Source: Octopus vulgaris (lineage: Eukaryota). From it: 64,000 nt of DNA. The stretch spans positions 32,116,001 to 32,180,000 of the forward strand of contig OX597815.1 in the NCBI GenBank assembly GCA_951406725.2. The letters are read 5' to 3'. A program made the position numbers and the translations under genes. A model generated the notes under the pieces. That model had not been told where the DNA came from. It was given only the letters and a program-made list of their open reading frames with translations, and did no database searches. Of this stretch, positions 1-12,043 are shown one piece after another. Position 1 is the stretch's first letter; each line of letters opens with the position of its first letter.

Positions 1-630
1 GTTTCGAAAGTTTTCACCGAAAATTCTCCCCAAAAAGTTTTCAAAAATTTTTCGAAAATTTCCAATGAAAATTTAAACAAGAAATTTTTCGAAAATTTTC
101 ACCGAAATCTTTCCCCAAAATTTTTTTTTTGTGATTTTGGCACCGCTGGCTTTCCATAGTTTGTGATTTTGGCACCGCTGGCCTTCCATACGTTTTCCAA
201 AATTTTCACCGAAAATTTTAGCCAAAAATTTTTCCAAAATTTTCCCAAAAATTTTTCGAAAATTTTCACCGAAACTTTTCCCCAAAAAGTTTTCGAAAAT
301 TTCATCCAAAAATTTTTCGAAAATTTTACTCAAAAATTTCTCGAAAATTTTCACCGAATATTTTAGCCAAAATTTTTTCCAAACTTTTCACCGAAAATTT
401 TACACAAAATTTTTAGAATATTTACACCGAAAATTTTACCGAAAATTTTCACCGAAAATTTTCCCCAAAAATTTTTCGAAAATTTGCAGCGAAAATTTTA
501 CCCAAAATTTTTCGAAAATTTTCACTGAAAATTTTCACCATAAAAGTTTTCGAAAAGTTTGACCGAAAATTTCATGGTGAAAATTTTCAGTGAAAATTTT
601 CGAAAAATTTTGGGGGAAAATTTTCGGTGG
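1..630. repeat. Degenerate AT-rich satellite (GAAAATTTTCACC / AAAATTTTTCGAAAA units) ending in an orientation switch
   Basis: Repeated TTTTCACCGAAAATTT and TTTTCGAAAA motifs. 501-541 is the exact reverse complement of 574-614. Confidence 0.85.
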
Positions 631-689
631 GCTCCTCGAGAGCAGTCATCTAAAAACTTGTGCATTTTGTTGTCGAAAGAAGTTCCTGG

Positions 690-775
690 ATTTTCCTGAT
701 GAGAAAGCTGCATAATGGACTCCTTATTCATTCGGAATTAGGAATTTTGCAGACTTCGAAACATATGTCGAAAAT
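690..775 (+). ncRNA. Minimal type-I hammerhead ribozyme motif (Penelope-like)
   Basis: ATTTTC-CTGATGA-[GAAAGCTGCA...TGCAGACTTC]-GAAA-CATATG-TC-GAAAAT. Canonical core, 6-bp helix I, palindromic helix III, GUC site at 767-769. Confidence 0.8.
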
Positions 776-827
776 AAAATAAAGGAATTTTGTTAAATCT
801 TCGCTCAGCTCCATTCTTTCCTATACT

Positions 828-898
<71 letters not shown>

Positions 899-899
899 T

Positions 900-1105
900 T
901 GTGTGTCTGTGTCCCCCTAGCATTGCTTGACAACCAATGTTGGTGTGTTTATGTCCCCGTAACTTAGCGGTTCGGCAAAAGAGTCCGATAGAATAAGTAC
1001 TCAGCTTACAAAGAATAAGTCCCGGGGTCGATTTGCTTGACTAAAGGCGGTGCTCCAGTATGGCCGCAGTCAAATGACTGAAACAAGTAAAAGAGTAAAA
1101 GAGAC
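900..1105 (+). mobile_element. SINE family A, 3' half
   Basis: GCTTGACAACC...CGTAACTTAGCGGTTCGGCAAAAGAG...GGCCGCAGTCAAATGACTGAAACAAGTAAAAGAG. Matches many other copies in the window. Confidence 0.85.
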
Positions 1106-1480
1106 TGTGATATTTACTGGTAGTTGCAGGAAACAATGTGAGCCTCCTGTGTAGTCTTTGTATCTGCTAGAAATATAAATCAAATCTCCTTCAAATCGTC
1201 TTTAAAAAAGAACGCATGAAACAATGTTGTTCAGAATACCCTAATCCTGAAAAGGTGAATAATATAAGTAAAAGTAAAAAATAAATAGATAAATAAATAA
1301 ATAAATACATAAAGATCAGTTCCAAACCGACTTAATAACATTATAAGCCGACAATTATAGGATTTGTGTGGTAGTCTTTCTCTCTGATCAGCCACCCGAT
1401 ATCACGAGACCATACTGAAAATTAATTTATTGTGGAACGTGAAATTAAGATTTGAATCATTAAAGCTTTATGAACTAAAT

Positions 1481-1610
1481 AGACGTAGGAGTGGTGTGTG
1501 GTAAGTAGCTTGCTTACTAACCACATGGTTCCGGGTTCAGTCCCACTGCGCGGCACCTTGAGCAAGTGTCTTCTACTATAGCCTCGGGCCGACCAAAGCC
1601 TTGTGAGGAC
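1481..1610 (+). mobile_element. SINE family A, 5' half (tRNA-like head plus CORE-like segment)
   Basis: GTGTGGTAAG A-box-like, GGGTTCAGTCCC B-box-like, CACCTTGAGCAAGTG segment. Confidence 0.85.
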
Positions 1611-2016
1611 ATAGAACAAATTAGAAAAGAAAAAGAAAACGTATGAAATAAATGTCTGATGATGAAAATGATAAATGAAAATGAGCTACTTGCCCCACCT
1701 CCAAGCAGCATCACTTCCTTTTTATTCTTTGAATCCTGAGTTTCTCAGAATGTCTGTACCATATTCTTTAACCAGCTCTTTGTGCTGTATGTTGTCTGGT
1801 ACTTCCTTTATGTCACCGTTTACCTTCCTACACTTATATCCAACCTAGTATTTATCTATCTCCTTATTTCCGTTTCTCTGACACCAAAATACATGCATGG
1901 CATCATCCCTCAATGTTTCTTCTTCCCTCCACATTAACAAACCTTGCATCCTTCCATTTTGTCGTTTTGTTCACCAGTTCCATGTCCACTCCTTCGTACA
2001 TCATGCATAACCATAT

Positions 2017-2538
2017 TCAGTGGAAGGGGGAGTTTGTAAGTTCTTGTGTGTCTGTGTCTCTTTTTTCTTTCGTTTTGTGTCGGAGGGGAACGGATGGGTA
2101 TGGCATCTGCGGGGAAAGGTGGGGTTGAGAAGGTATGGATGGGGTGGGTGCGGGTTGGGGTTTCCATTCATCCTGACTTTCCTTCTTTCTCTTCCTTTGT
2201 TTTCTTCCTTCTGCCACCTTCCACTGTTCTTCTTCATTCATCTTTATTTCCTCTTCTGCCTTCTCCGGTTCATTCCCTGCTTCCTCCTGGCTTCCCTTAG
2301 TACATGAAGGGCAGTCTGTTCTAATGAGGCCCTTTTGACCACATTTGAAGCAATGAGGGATTCTGCCCTCTACCCAGACTCTTAACACCGCATCTCCTAT
2401 GATCACCGCTTCTGCCATTTTTTTCAAATTCTCTGTTGTACTTTGCACGATTACATTTAATATTTGGTCCTTCCAGTTCGTAGCCTCTGTCATTTCATTT
2501 GCACTTAATTCTGACTGAGAACAGTATAAAAAGGTCAC
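2017..2538 (-). pseudogene. Non-LTR retrotransposon ORF1/gag-like remnant with zinc knuckle
   Basis: CFKCGQKGLIRTDCP has CX2CX4HX4C spacing with H replaced by L, followed by an acidic/basic tract (WKVAEGRKQRKRK). Confidence 0.55.
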
Positions 2539-2599
2539 AGTATATCATTGCGCATGCGTTACCAAAAGTCAAAAATAAACGTATTTTAGTAATATTTAA

Positions 2600-2830
2600 T
2601 TTTTTCTTTTACTTGTTTCAGACATTGGACTGCGGCCATGCTGGAGTACCATCTTGAAGGGTTTTAGTCGAACACATCGAGCCGAGGACTTACTTTTAAA
2701 GCTCAGTACATATTCTATCGACATCTTTTACCGAACCGCTAAGTTACGGGGACGTAAACACACCAGCAGCAGATGTCAAGCGGTGATGGGGGTGGCAGGA
2801 CAAATACACACACACACACACACACTGTCT
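2600..2830 (-). mobile_element. SINE family A, 3' half
   Basis: Reverse complement of the family A tail (TTACTTGTTTCAG...GCGGCCATGCTGGAG...GCTAAGTTACGGGGACG). Confidence 0.8.
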
Positions 2831-3074
2831 CGCACACATACACTTCAACTAAATATGAAACATTAACTGGATTTTCTTCAAGAGCTACATCGAAGAAGTT
2901 TACCGTTGTTCTCTCACTATGAGATTACGAATGTCTATAGAAAACTTGCTATTTATTTCCATCAGCGAGGAGAACTAAACAACATATTTTTAAGTATATA
3001 ACATTAAAACGACATATTTGAGCTTATATTGCATGTACCAGTATCGAGCTACTTTTTAACTTATCGATGACTTA

Positions 3075-3269
3075 CTCTCTCTTTTACTCTCTTTTACTTG
3101 TGAGTGTGGCCATGCTGGAGCACCGCCTTTAGTCGAGAAAAATCAACCCCAGGACTTATTCTTTGTAAGCCTAGTATTTATTCTATTGGTCTCTTTTGTC
3201 AAACCGGTAAGTTACGGGGACGTAAACACGCCAGCATTGGTTGTCAATCGATGTTGGGGAGAAACACCG

Positions 3270-3331
<62 letters not shown>

Positions 3332-3492
3332 GACGGACTCCTTTCAGTTTCCGTCTACCAAATCCACTCACGAGGCTTTGGTCGGCCCGAGGCTATAGTA
3401 AAAGACACTTGCCCAAGGTGCCACGAAGTGGGACTGAACCCGGAACCATGTGATTCGTAAGCAAGCTACTTACCTCACAACCACTCTACGCC
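3075..3492 (-). mobile_element. SINE family A, near full length, with internal (CA)n(TA)n
   Basis: Head and tail both present, separated by a microsatellite. Confidence 0.9.
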
Positions 3493-3509
3493 TTTTTTTT
3501 TTTAATACT

Positions 3510-3720
3510 GGTTTCAAATTTTAGCACAAGGCCAGAAATTGCGGGGAAGTGAATAAGTCGATTATATCGACTCCAGTTCACAACTGGTACTTATTTTATC
3601 GACTCCGAAAGGATGAAAGGCAAACATGACCTCGGTAGAATTTGAATTCAGGCTTAAAGTCGGACGAAATGCCACTAAGCATTTTTCCCGGCGTGCTAAC
3701 GATTCTGCCAGATCGCTACT
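3510..3720 (-). mobile_element. SINE family B
   Basis: GGTACTTATTTTATCGACTCCGAAAGGATGAAAGGCAAA...GGCGTGCTAACGATTCTGCCAG. Confidence 0.8.
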
Positions 3721-4116
3721 TTTCATTGGTTTTTAATATTAAATGCACGCTTTCTTAACAACTACTTTGCGATATTTCCTCTTACAGGAGTCTGCTTTTT
3801 ATTTAGGGAGTAATTTTTCATTGCTTCATAAATGCACGTTCTTTTAACATAATTGTATTTCATCTTATAGCTCTATATTATGTTTTCCACAGTTGACGTT
3901 CGAGCTTCCTTCGTGTTGCATGTCATATGTATACTTATATACACTATACGAATATGTGATACAATGGTGCGAAATCCATCTAAAACATACTATCTTAAAG
4001 ATAGCGTGTTCGTACTAGTATGTGTGTGTATGTGCGTGTATGTGCGTGTGTGTGCGTGTGTGTGCGTGTGTGTGAGTGAGTGAGTGTGTGTGTGTGAGTG
4101 TGTGTGAGTGTGTGTA

Positions 4117-4149
<33 letters not shown>

Positions 4150-4162
<13 letters not shown>

Positions 4163-4370
4163 ACTTTATGTGTGCATGTTCCCCCGCCACCGCTTGGTAA
4201 CTGGTGTTGATTTGTTTGCGCCCTCGTAACGTAACAGTTCGGCAAAAGACAACGATAGAATAAGTACCAGCCTCAAAAAACTACATGGGTCGATTTGTTC
4301 GACTAAACCCTTCAAGGTGATACCCCAGCATGGCCGCAGACCGATGACTGAAACAAGTAACAGATAAAGG
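4150..4370 (+). mobile_element. SINE family A 3' half (diverged), after a (TG)n tract
   Basis: GTTCGGCAAAAGAC...CCAGCATGGCCGCAG...GACTGAAACAAGTAA. Confidence 0.75.
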
Positions 4371-5437
4371 ATATTATATTAACATTTTCAATGCGTGTAC
4401 GTAAGCTTTTTCTTTATTTCTTAAAATTTTTTGAATCCTTCAAATTAAGGAAGACTTGTATTGTAAATTTATACACGCAATACCAGCTTTGGAATTTAGA
4501 CAACAACGGTGTGATGTTACATTGGAAATTTTACTAATGCCTTACATGCTTTCCCTGTTTCGCTTGCATATTGAATTTGCAGAAGCCATTAAATTATCTC
4601 TTTCTTTGTCTGAAAACCCCAGGTTTCGAAATTATTGCTTTAACACTTACAGCAAAGCAATTTACGTCAATGATTTCACAACGCAAAAAAAAAAGTGAAA
4701 TAAATAATAAATAAATAAATATAATTAAAAAAATCAAAAACTCTGGTGTCTTCGAAGTGAAACCTTTCTTAGGTGTATTTTGGGTGCTGACTCCAAATAT
4801 TCTACCAGTTTTTCCACGTCAGGTTTTCGTTTCAGAAATACAACATACCCATTACATATTGGTGTATTCACTCGAGTACCGGAATTTGCAATTTTATTTG
4901 CACTATCCATCAATTCTAGTGACGTCTCTTTCGGTTTCATCCTTATATCAATCCATAGAAATTCTCCAAGTAAAAGTCTCAAACTAAGCAAATTATTGCA
5001 TTAATTCTCAATTCCTAAGTTCTTAGTGTTAATCTGTACACCATTCTGAATGGAGGTGTCCCGCTTTTCATATTTATTCATCAGATAAAACGTTTTATAT
5101 TTAGCAATTATATTATAAAGTACTTTACAAATTAATCAATGGTATTTTTGTTTTCAATAAACGTTGATATATACATTTAAATTTTAAAATTGCATCGTTT
5201 TTGCTACTACATTTTGTTTTCGTTTGAGATTTGTTCATTCTTATCTGCTGAGGAAAGCTTATCTCGAAACACTTAACAAATTGAATTTTAAATGGTTTAT
5301 TTGTAATTTATGTTTTTGCCATTTCTTTAGCGCTTTCAGAGCAGCGCATTGGCAGAGTCGTTAGAGTGTCAGATAAAAAGCTTACAGTATTTAATATATA
5401 AGTTCAAATCTCACCGATGTCAACTTTGCCATCTATA

Positions 5438-5657
5438 TATTTCTTTACTACCCACAAGGGGCTAAACACAGAGGGGACAAACGGATTAAGTCGATTACAT
5501 CGACCCCAGTGCGTAACTGGTGCTTAATTTATCGACCCCGAAAGGATGAAAGGCAAAGTCGACTTCGGCGGAATTTGAACTCAGAACGTAACGGCAGACG
5601 AAATACGGCTACGCATTTCGCCCGGCGTGCTAATGTTTCTGCCAGCTCGCCGCCTTG
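5438..5657 (-). mobile_element. SINE family B, full length, 16-bp TSD
   Basis: AACTTTGCCATCTATA duplicated at 5422-5437 and 5658-5673. Confidence 0.9.
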
Positions 5658-5689
5658 AACTTTGCCATCTATAACCGTTGACAATGATT

Positions 5690-5895
5690 GAAAGAAGTCC
5701 GTCGTGTGTGTGTGTGTTGCTTGACAACCGTCTTTTAGTTTTTTAGGTCTCCGTAACTTAGCAATTTGACGCCTAAGGCACCGCTAGAATAAGTACTTGG
5801 CTTAAAGCAAGTACTGGGGTCGATTCGCTTGACTAAATCCCTTCAAGGTAGTGCACCAGCATGGCTGCAGTCCAATGACTGAAACAAGTAAAGGA
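5690..5895 (+). mobile_element. SINE family A, 3' half
   Basis: GAAAGAAGTCCGTCG...CAGCATGGCTGCAGTCCAATGACTGAAACAAGTAAA. Confidence 0.75.
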
Positions 5896-6224
5896 GAAGA
5901 AAAAATATGAACTACAATACAATTTCTTTCCTCCCTCTAGAAAACGTAACTGAAATGCAACAGGAAATAATACGGGCTTCGCATTCATTCAGGTAATAGA
6001 ATTCCCAGTCTCCAGTCTAACTAAAATTACATGAGAAAATGCAGTGTTGTCGAATTATATAAACAGATGCTTACACGTAAACCTATACATGCATTTAGAT
6101 GTACCTTTATTTTTTTTTATATTTTCGTTGTTCTTTTTCGAATTTCTCATCAATGGAGAAAGAGATGCTTTCTAGTCCATAAACTAGGTATTCTTATAGG
6201 AATTTAGACAATACCAACAGCGCG

Positions 6225-6435
6225 TGTATGCATGCGTGTAAGCATGTATGCATGTATGCCTCTATATATATATATATATATATATATATGCATAAATATA
6301 TATATACATATATACATGCATATATATATATACATATATACATGCATATGCATATGCATGCATATATATATGCATATATATATATATACATATATATGTA
6401 TATATACATATATACATATATATATATATACAAAT

Positions 6436-6487
<52 letters not shown>

Positions 6488-6530
6488 ATATATGTGTGTA
6501 TGTATGTATGTATGCATATATATATAATGA
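6225..6530. repeat. Compound (TA)n/(TACA)n microsatellite
   Basis: Visible directly; source of the YIYI ORFs. Confidence 0.9.
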
Positions 6531-6874
6531 GTGTGTGTGCGGACGAAAGTGTGTTTAAGCATAAAAGCATGTATTTATGTATGCTTGTTCTATATGCACA
6601 CATATATTTGCATGGCCGCGCGCGTGCGTATACATTTATTGGGTGGTATGTTTGCATGTCTGAAACATGTAATCATGAATGTGTGTGCATATTTTAACGT
6701 ATATGTATGTTCACATATACATATATTTGCATGTCTACATGCGTGGTATGCACTTATTACATGCTAAACTTCGGGAACGTTTTATTGGATCCTCGTATGT
6801 CGAAGTGAATTTATGCGCGTATAAATATTTCACATAAAACACACATTGCCAAGCGCACACACATTTTTGTATAT

Positions 6875-7140
6875 GTATGGCCAAGTGCTTAGGGGGTTGC
6901 ACTGATGATTACTAGAGCGTAGGTTCAATTCCCTGACCGGGCAACGCGATCTGTTCTTGAGCAAAACACTTCATTTCATGCTGCTTTACGATCGTTTCGA
7001 CATCTGACGGGTGGCGCACGAGTGCACTTTAATAGGCAACGTTGATTTGATGGCGTAAGTGAGCTCATGTACAGCACATACATCTGATCATTATAAACAA
7101 ATCATTTGTGAAGGTCATTCAGCAAAATCTGAACGTTGTC
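6875..7140 (+). mobile_element. SINE family D-like (tRNA-derived), diverged
   Basis: GGTTCAATTCCC B-box, then TGTTCTTGAGCAAAACACTTCATTTCA as in 34131-34390. Confidence 0.6.
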
Positions 7141-7171
7141 TTTGATAAGAAATTCCATTACACACACACAC

Positions 7172-7226
<55 letters not shown>

Positions 7227-8069
7227 TTAGAGATAAAACCACTATTATGCAACTCAAACAGTGATAGACATAAACCACTATATAAATAACAAATAACATA
7301 ACTATAATTAATATAAAATATATATATATATATTATTTAAGTATAAAAAGAATGATAAATATAATATAATATAATGATAAATACAATATAATATAATAAT
7401 TACTTATATTATATTTATTATTCTTTTTATACTTAAATAATATATATATATATATATATATACATATATATAAAAGAAATATTAAAATTACTAAATCTCT
7501 CTAAAGGAGATTACGGCAGCGTTACTGGAAATTAATAGTTATCGCCATACTTATATGGCAGTCTTATATTTATAAATGTGAGTATGTGTGTGTGTATGTA
7601 TATATGTATGTCGCCGAAAGTCGTCCTAGCGAAAAGCAGATTTGATTTTCGAAATCTGTGTCTCAAGGAGATTTTTAGGCTATTACTAATAAAAAAAAAT
7701 ATAAGTGGATACGAGAAATAAGCCAAGTTTCAGATCGTCATCATTGGATGTCTATCTTCTTCCCTCTATTTGTCTCTGTTTTTACGTTTTTGTCATAGTA
7801 AATTTTCTCGGTCCCTACATATTTACCACACTCTCTCTTTCTCTGTATATGTATATCAATCACGTTGTGTGGGGGGAGTGAGGAATTTCATTCGTGTGAC
7901 AGAGTTGGAAGACCCTCGCAAAGCATTAGCTGCGTGCTCAGGAGACACCCGAAAAGAAAAGGAATAGACTGGATGATATGCGAACATGAGCTTCTATCGG
8001 ACAATCTCAGGAGACACACGAGCATAGGATGCATCGATTAGCGCACAAGATTCTCCTTCACATGGTCTC

Positions 8070-8290
8070 AGGAAACGTTGTCCCATTTCAATTCAAACGA
8101 TTTTAATTTCCAGTGCGCTTAGTTTTGCCATTTCCATCAATAACTTGCAAGGTCAAACAATTGAAGAGACTTGTTTCACTCATGGTCAGCTTTACGTTGG
8201 ATGTTCAAGAGTAATAAGTAAGGAAAAATTTTTAAATCTTTAAATCTATGCACCAAATAGAAAAACAGAAACTTAGTTTATCTAGACATT
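8070..8290 (+). mobile_element. Helitron PIF1-like helicase C-terminal remnant
   Basis: Interrupted translation PFQFKR.xFPVRL..FAISIN..QGQT...CFTHGQLYVGCSRV...IYAPN.KT. Confidence 0.8.
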
Positions 8291-8845
8291 ATTAATTGCA
8301 CCAAATAATGCAGAAATCTGTCCTGATCAAGAGGCCTATCTTTTGGGGTGGACAAGGTCTGACAGGCTCAACGCAAAATGGTCACATTTAATTCAAAGCG
8401 TTAAAAATGTTATGAAAACAATTGGTATATGTTCACAAAGTCCAAATGATTAATACGAAAAAACACTCCACGCTACATCCCGAAAATTAATTTCTTTGCC
8501 GAATTTCTACAATGTTTACGGCGATTCGTTTTTATATCTTGATTTTTTATTTTTCATGCAATTTACGCATGCTTGCACGCGTGGTGAACACAGTTCACAT
8601 CAAACAGCTGACTAAGTAAAGTTCACATTTCAATGCATGGGATAAGGCCTAAACAAACACATTGTCGATTTTTGCGCTTGCGAGATGAATTTCGGAACAG
8701 AAATAGCGCAGTTCAATTTTCATTCGCCTAAACTTTAAGTGACCCATTTTTGGTGGTTCTACAATTTGATGGCTAGGAGGAGATGTGCCGGGAAGTTAAA
8801 CACACAGACAAACACACAGATACACACACAGACACACAAGTTGAG

Positions 8846-8920
<75 letters not shown>

Positions 8921-8954
8921 CTTATATATATACATACATACATACATACATACA

Positions 8955-8990
<36 letters not shown>

Positions 8991-9946
8991 TATATATGTG
9001 TGTGTGTGTCCATATATTCCACAGAACCTCCCCAAACTAGACACTAATATTTAAGCGTTATCTTCACCTAACTGAGTGAAAACTAATCAATACCAATGTA
9101 AGTGATCCCCACTAACTATGAACCCACAAATACTTTCTACTGTAAGACATTAGACATTCACGATCAAGCATAACAAATATATCAGTTGCCAAGCGGATTT
9201 CACTATGGTTTCCGTACTATTTGATCCGGCAGTGTCAACAGCGTTAAGAACATAAACGTTTCCTGGGAATTCACCAGATTATTAGTACAAGTATCAACAT
9301 CAGAGTAAACAAATAGTGATAACTTATAGCTACAAAATAGTACTTATAACAAAGAACTTATTCAAAAAGGACATTCAGACAGTACAACAAACATAGACAA
9401 CTAGATATTTTGTTTCTCAATCAATATCACATCACGAACATATTACACCAAAAACAAGCCTAAGAAAGACTAGTCAGTGGGAAAGTACATCTCGTAAACA
9501 ACATCTTCGAACAATGTACACAGATAAGGACAAGCTTAGATCAATATCTATGAAACAAGTCTAATACTATAAAATATATTTACCGAATAAATTGCTTACT
9601 GAACGCAAAATAATAAAATAAAAAAGAAGGATAGAATTAAATTAATTTTTTTTAAAAACTATATATACAAATATATACGTCTATAATTAAAAGAAACAAC
9701 TAGTCCTAACTACAAAGAGACAAAATAATTCATTATAATTAAACAGCCAGCGAATTAGTTACATGTGAACAACTCAAATTACCCTTAATTATAGGATAAA
9801 TATACAAGTAATTTAAATCAACACACACACTTACAAACGACAAACACTGAATACTACTATAACAAAAGTATTATCGAAATAATCTATATAAATAAAACTG
9901 AGAATATGTGTCTGTCTATCTGTTTGTCTGTATGTATGTATGTGTA

Positions 9947-10532
9947 TGTAACGAACTTAGTGAGGTGTGAATATCTTGTCTTGTACTTTCGGGGTACAAG
10001 AAAGCAATCTCTCACTAGCCGTTGCTTTAATAATCCAGAATCTCTACTAGTCAGAAACAACAAGACGCAGACGTAAAATATATATATACTACTTTATTCT
10101 CTTTCTTGGTAACAATGACAATAATTGTGTTATCTGATGTCCTTGGTTCGGGGCGCGCGAGGCTGAAAGTAAATCGATTGTAATATTTACAATGTCCAGC
10201 CGCCAAAAACAGAAAGGGGTCAAGATGGCGTCGAACAGGGAAGTTGAATGTGGTCGGCAACAATTTGGTTAAAGGCATTCGGCCGACTGCTACTATCAAC
10301 CGGAGAGAAAATATATCGTGACCGCCGCCTTCAATCGCTGGGTCCCAAGTTGCCGCTTGCTGCTGCTAGTGGTCAAACGTTCTACGATCCCCCTGCCTTG
10401 GCCAGGGTCGTGCTTCCGGTGGTTCGCGCATGCGCGAGAGGGCCCTTCCTTTCTGTGCCTTGGTAAAGGCACCAACACGCGCGAAATACAAATGGACGGT
10501 GCGCGAGCGCGCGCCGTTGTAGGATCACTACA
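9947..10532 (-). repeat. LTR copy 1 (3' LTR)
   Basis: TGTAACGAAC...GATCACTACA; minus-strand AATAAA at 10093-10098. Confidence 0.9.
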
Positions 10533-10543
10533 GGCTCCCTCCA
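10533..10543 (-). promoter_or_regulatory. Polypurine tract (second copy at 12631-12641)
   Basis: Minus strand reads TGGAGGGAGCC immediately before the LTR start TGTAGTG. Confidence 0.75.
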
Positions 10544-12021
10544 GTGCGTACGCACGAAAGGAAACTTATTGTAGTGACTTTAAAACTCAAGGTGGACACC
10601 AGATAACCAAATAGCACACAATAATATAATGGCAAAATTTATAACATACACAAGAAATTTACTAAAGGAAAAAGAGAAAAAATACTCAATGTGCAAAAAT
10701 CAAGAGTGCATGCATGAAGGTGTATACGTCACAAAGTATAGAACCTTCCGCTGAAGGGAGCGGAAGAAAAGGCAGAACTCACAGTTATTGAACCTAAACG
10801 AAATTAAAATCCAACTTCTCTAAAGGTAGTTGATCCTGCGAAATAGCAGTTAAATCAATTGCTGCAGGAGAGGAAATGGAATTGACAGAAGCTCGCTAGT
10901 AACACAAAAAGGCAAAAGTGCAAACATGCTGGTGTGATGCGCGGCACAGATAATTTTCTGTTAATTACGTGACCAACAAGTGGACTAACAGGGAAAAATA
11001 ATTACGCCTAAACATGGCGCAGCGCATGTGAACATCCGACGTCTATGAGTCGGGAAAAGAATTAGGCTAACGCAAACGTGTTGCAAAAACAAGGCAATAC
11101 ACGTGCGAAGCAAAAGGCGCATGAAATGCAATAAGGGCTTGCCAGACCGAAAAAACAGCAAGAATATGCCAGTGGTTAAGCGATTATATGCCTTGTTCGT
11201 ACAGGAACAAAGGTATGACATGCTGGCGCGTTATAATGGACAAACAACCCTCTCTATGTATACGTGACCGCTAGGGTCTATAGAAATGAGGGGTGTCCAC
11301 AAAAGGCAAATTTAGCATGGAACAAACAAGCGAGAAAAGCATGTGTGACGTATGTATGTGAGAGAGAGCATTTATGTGTGTGTACGTGTGTGCGACAGAA
11401 ATACATACAAGGTGAATGCGAGCAAAATATAAAAACAGCGCATAGAAAAAAATGTCTCTCAGGTGCTATTTCAGACAAGAATTAATTTACCAGTCTGTAA
11501 TAGCCTGATGCACAATAGCAGTTCGTTCTGTAACAGAAATGTTGAAATCACAAAATGCAGATGCCGGTTGAACACATATCGTGTCGCGGTTGTGGCTTCA
11601 ATGCTGTGACAGGTTAACTGGAACAGAAGAAATCTCGTAGATAGTGCTGGGCTGTGAATTCTTGGTGTGCTAATGCACAAACGGCAAGTGGACCAAACTT
11701 CCGCGAGTTGCTATGTACATCTTGTGGAGGTCGACGGTGTTGAAAGGCGACAGTGGTGGAGGAAGGCGACTGTAGTGGACTTGGGACAACATCGTTCTTA
11801 GTGATGATGGCGACGAAGATAGTGACGACGTGAAGTAGACAGACGACGATGATGACGTTCGTCATATTGGCTGTAGAATAAGAAAGAGGCTCCTTCTACA
11901 ACTGTTTGTGGTGGCCGGAAACAAATCGTCGAAAGATGAATGCGTAGAGTTAAATCGTGTTCCGACTTCGCAGAAAAACTGGATTTTTTTGTTGATAAGT
12001 GATCTCTGGTTTTAGACCAGA

Positions 12022-12041
12022 ATCACGTCGGGAGGTCACCA
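12022..12041 (-). promoter_or_regulatory. Primer-binding site, tRNA-Trp type
   Basis: Minus strand TGGTGACCTCCCGACGTGAT versus the classical tRNA-Trp PBS TGGTGACCCCGACGTGAT; 2 nt after the LTR end. Confidence 0.85.
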
Positions 12042-12043
12042 GT

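Noticed and set aside
1-630. CRISPR-like or coding (KIFEKF) interpretation
   Set aside because: No unique spacers, no cas genes, eukaryotic context; degenerate satellite.
4734-5085. Protein-like minus-strand ORF
   Set aside because: In-frame stop upstream, no recognisable motif, no clear splice sites.
5248-5275. CTGAGGA...CGAAAC hammerhead-like
   Set aside because: No helix I, and no helix III/UH site.
9270-9560. Possible Penelope pLTR plus ORF start
   Set aside because: Core CTGATGT is non-canonical and the protein similarity is too weak to support.
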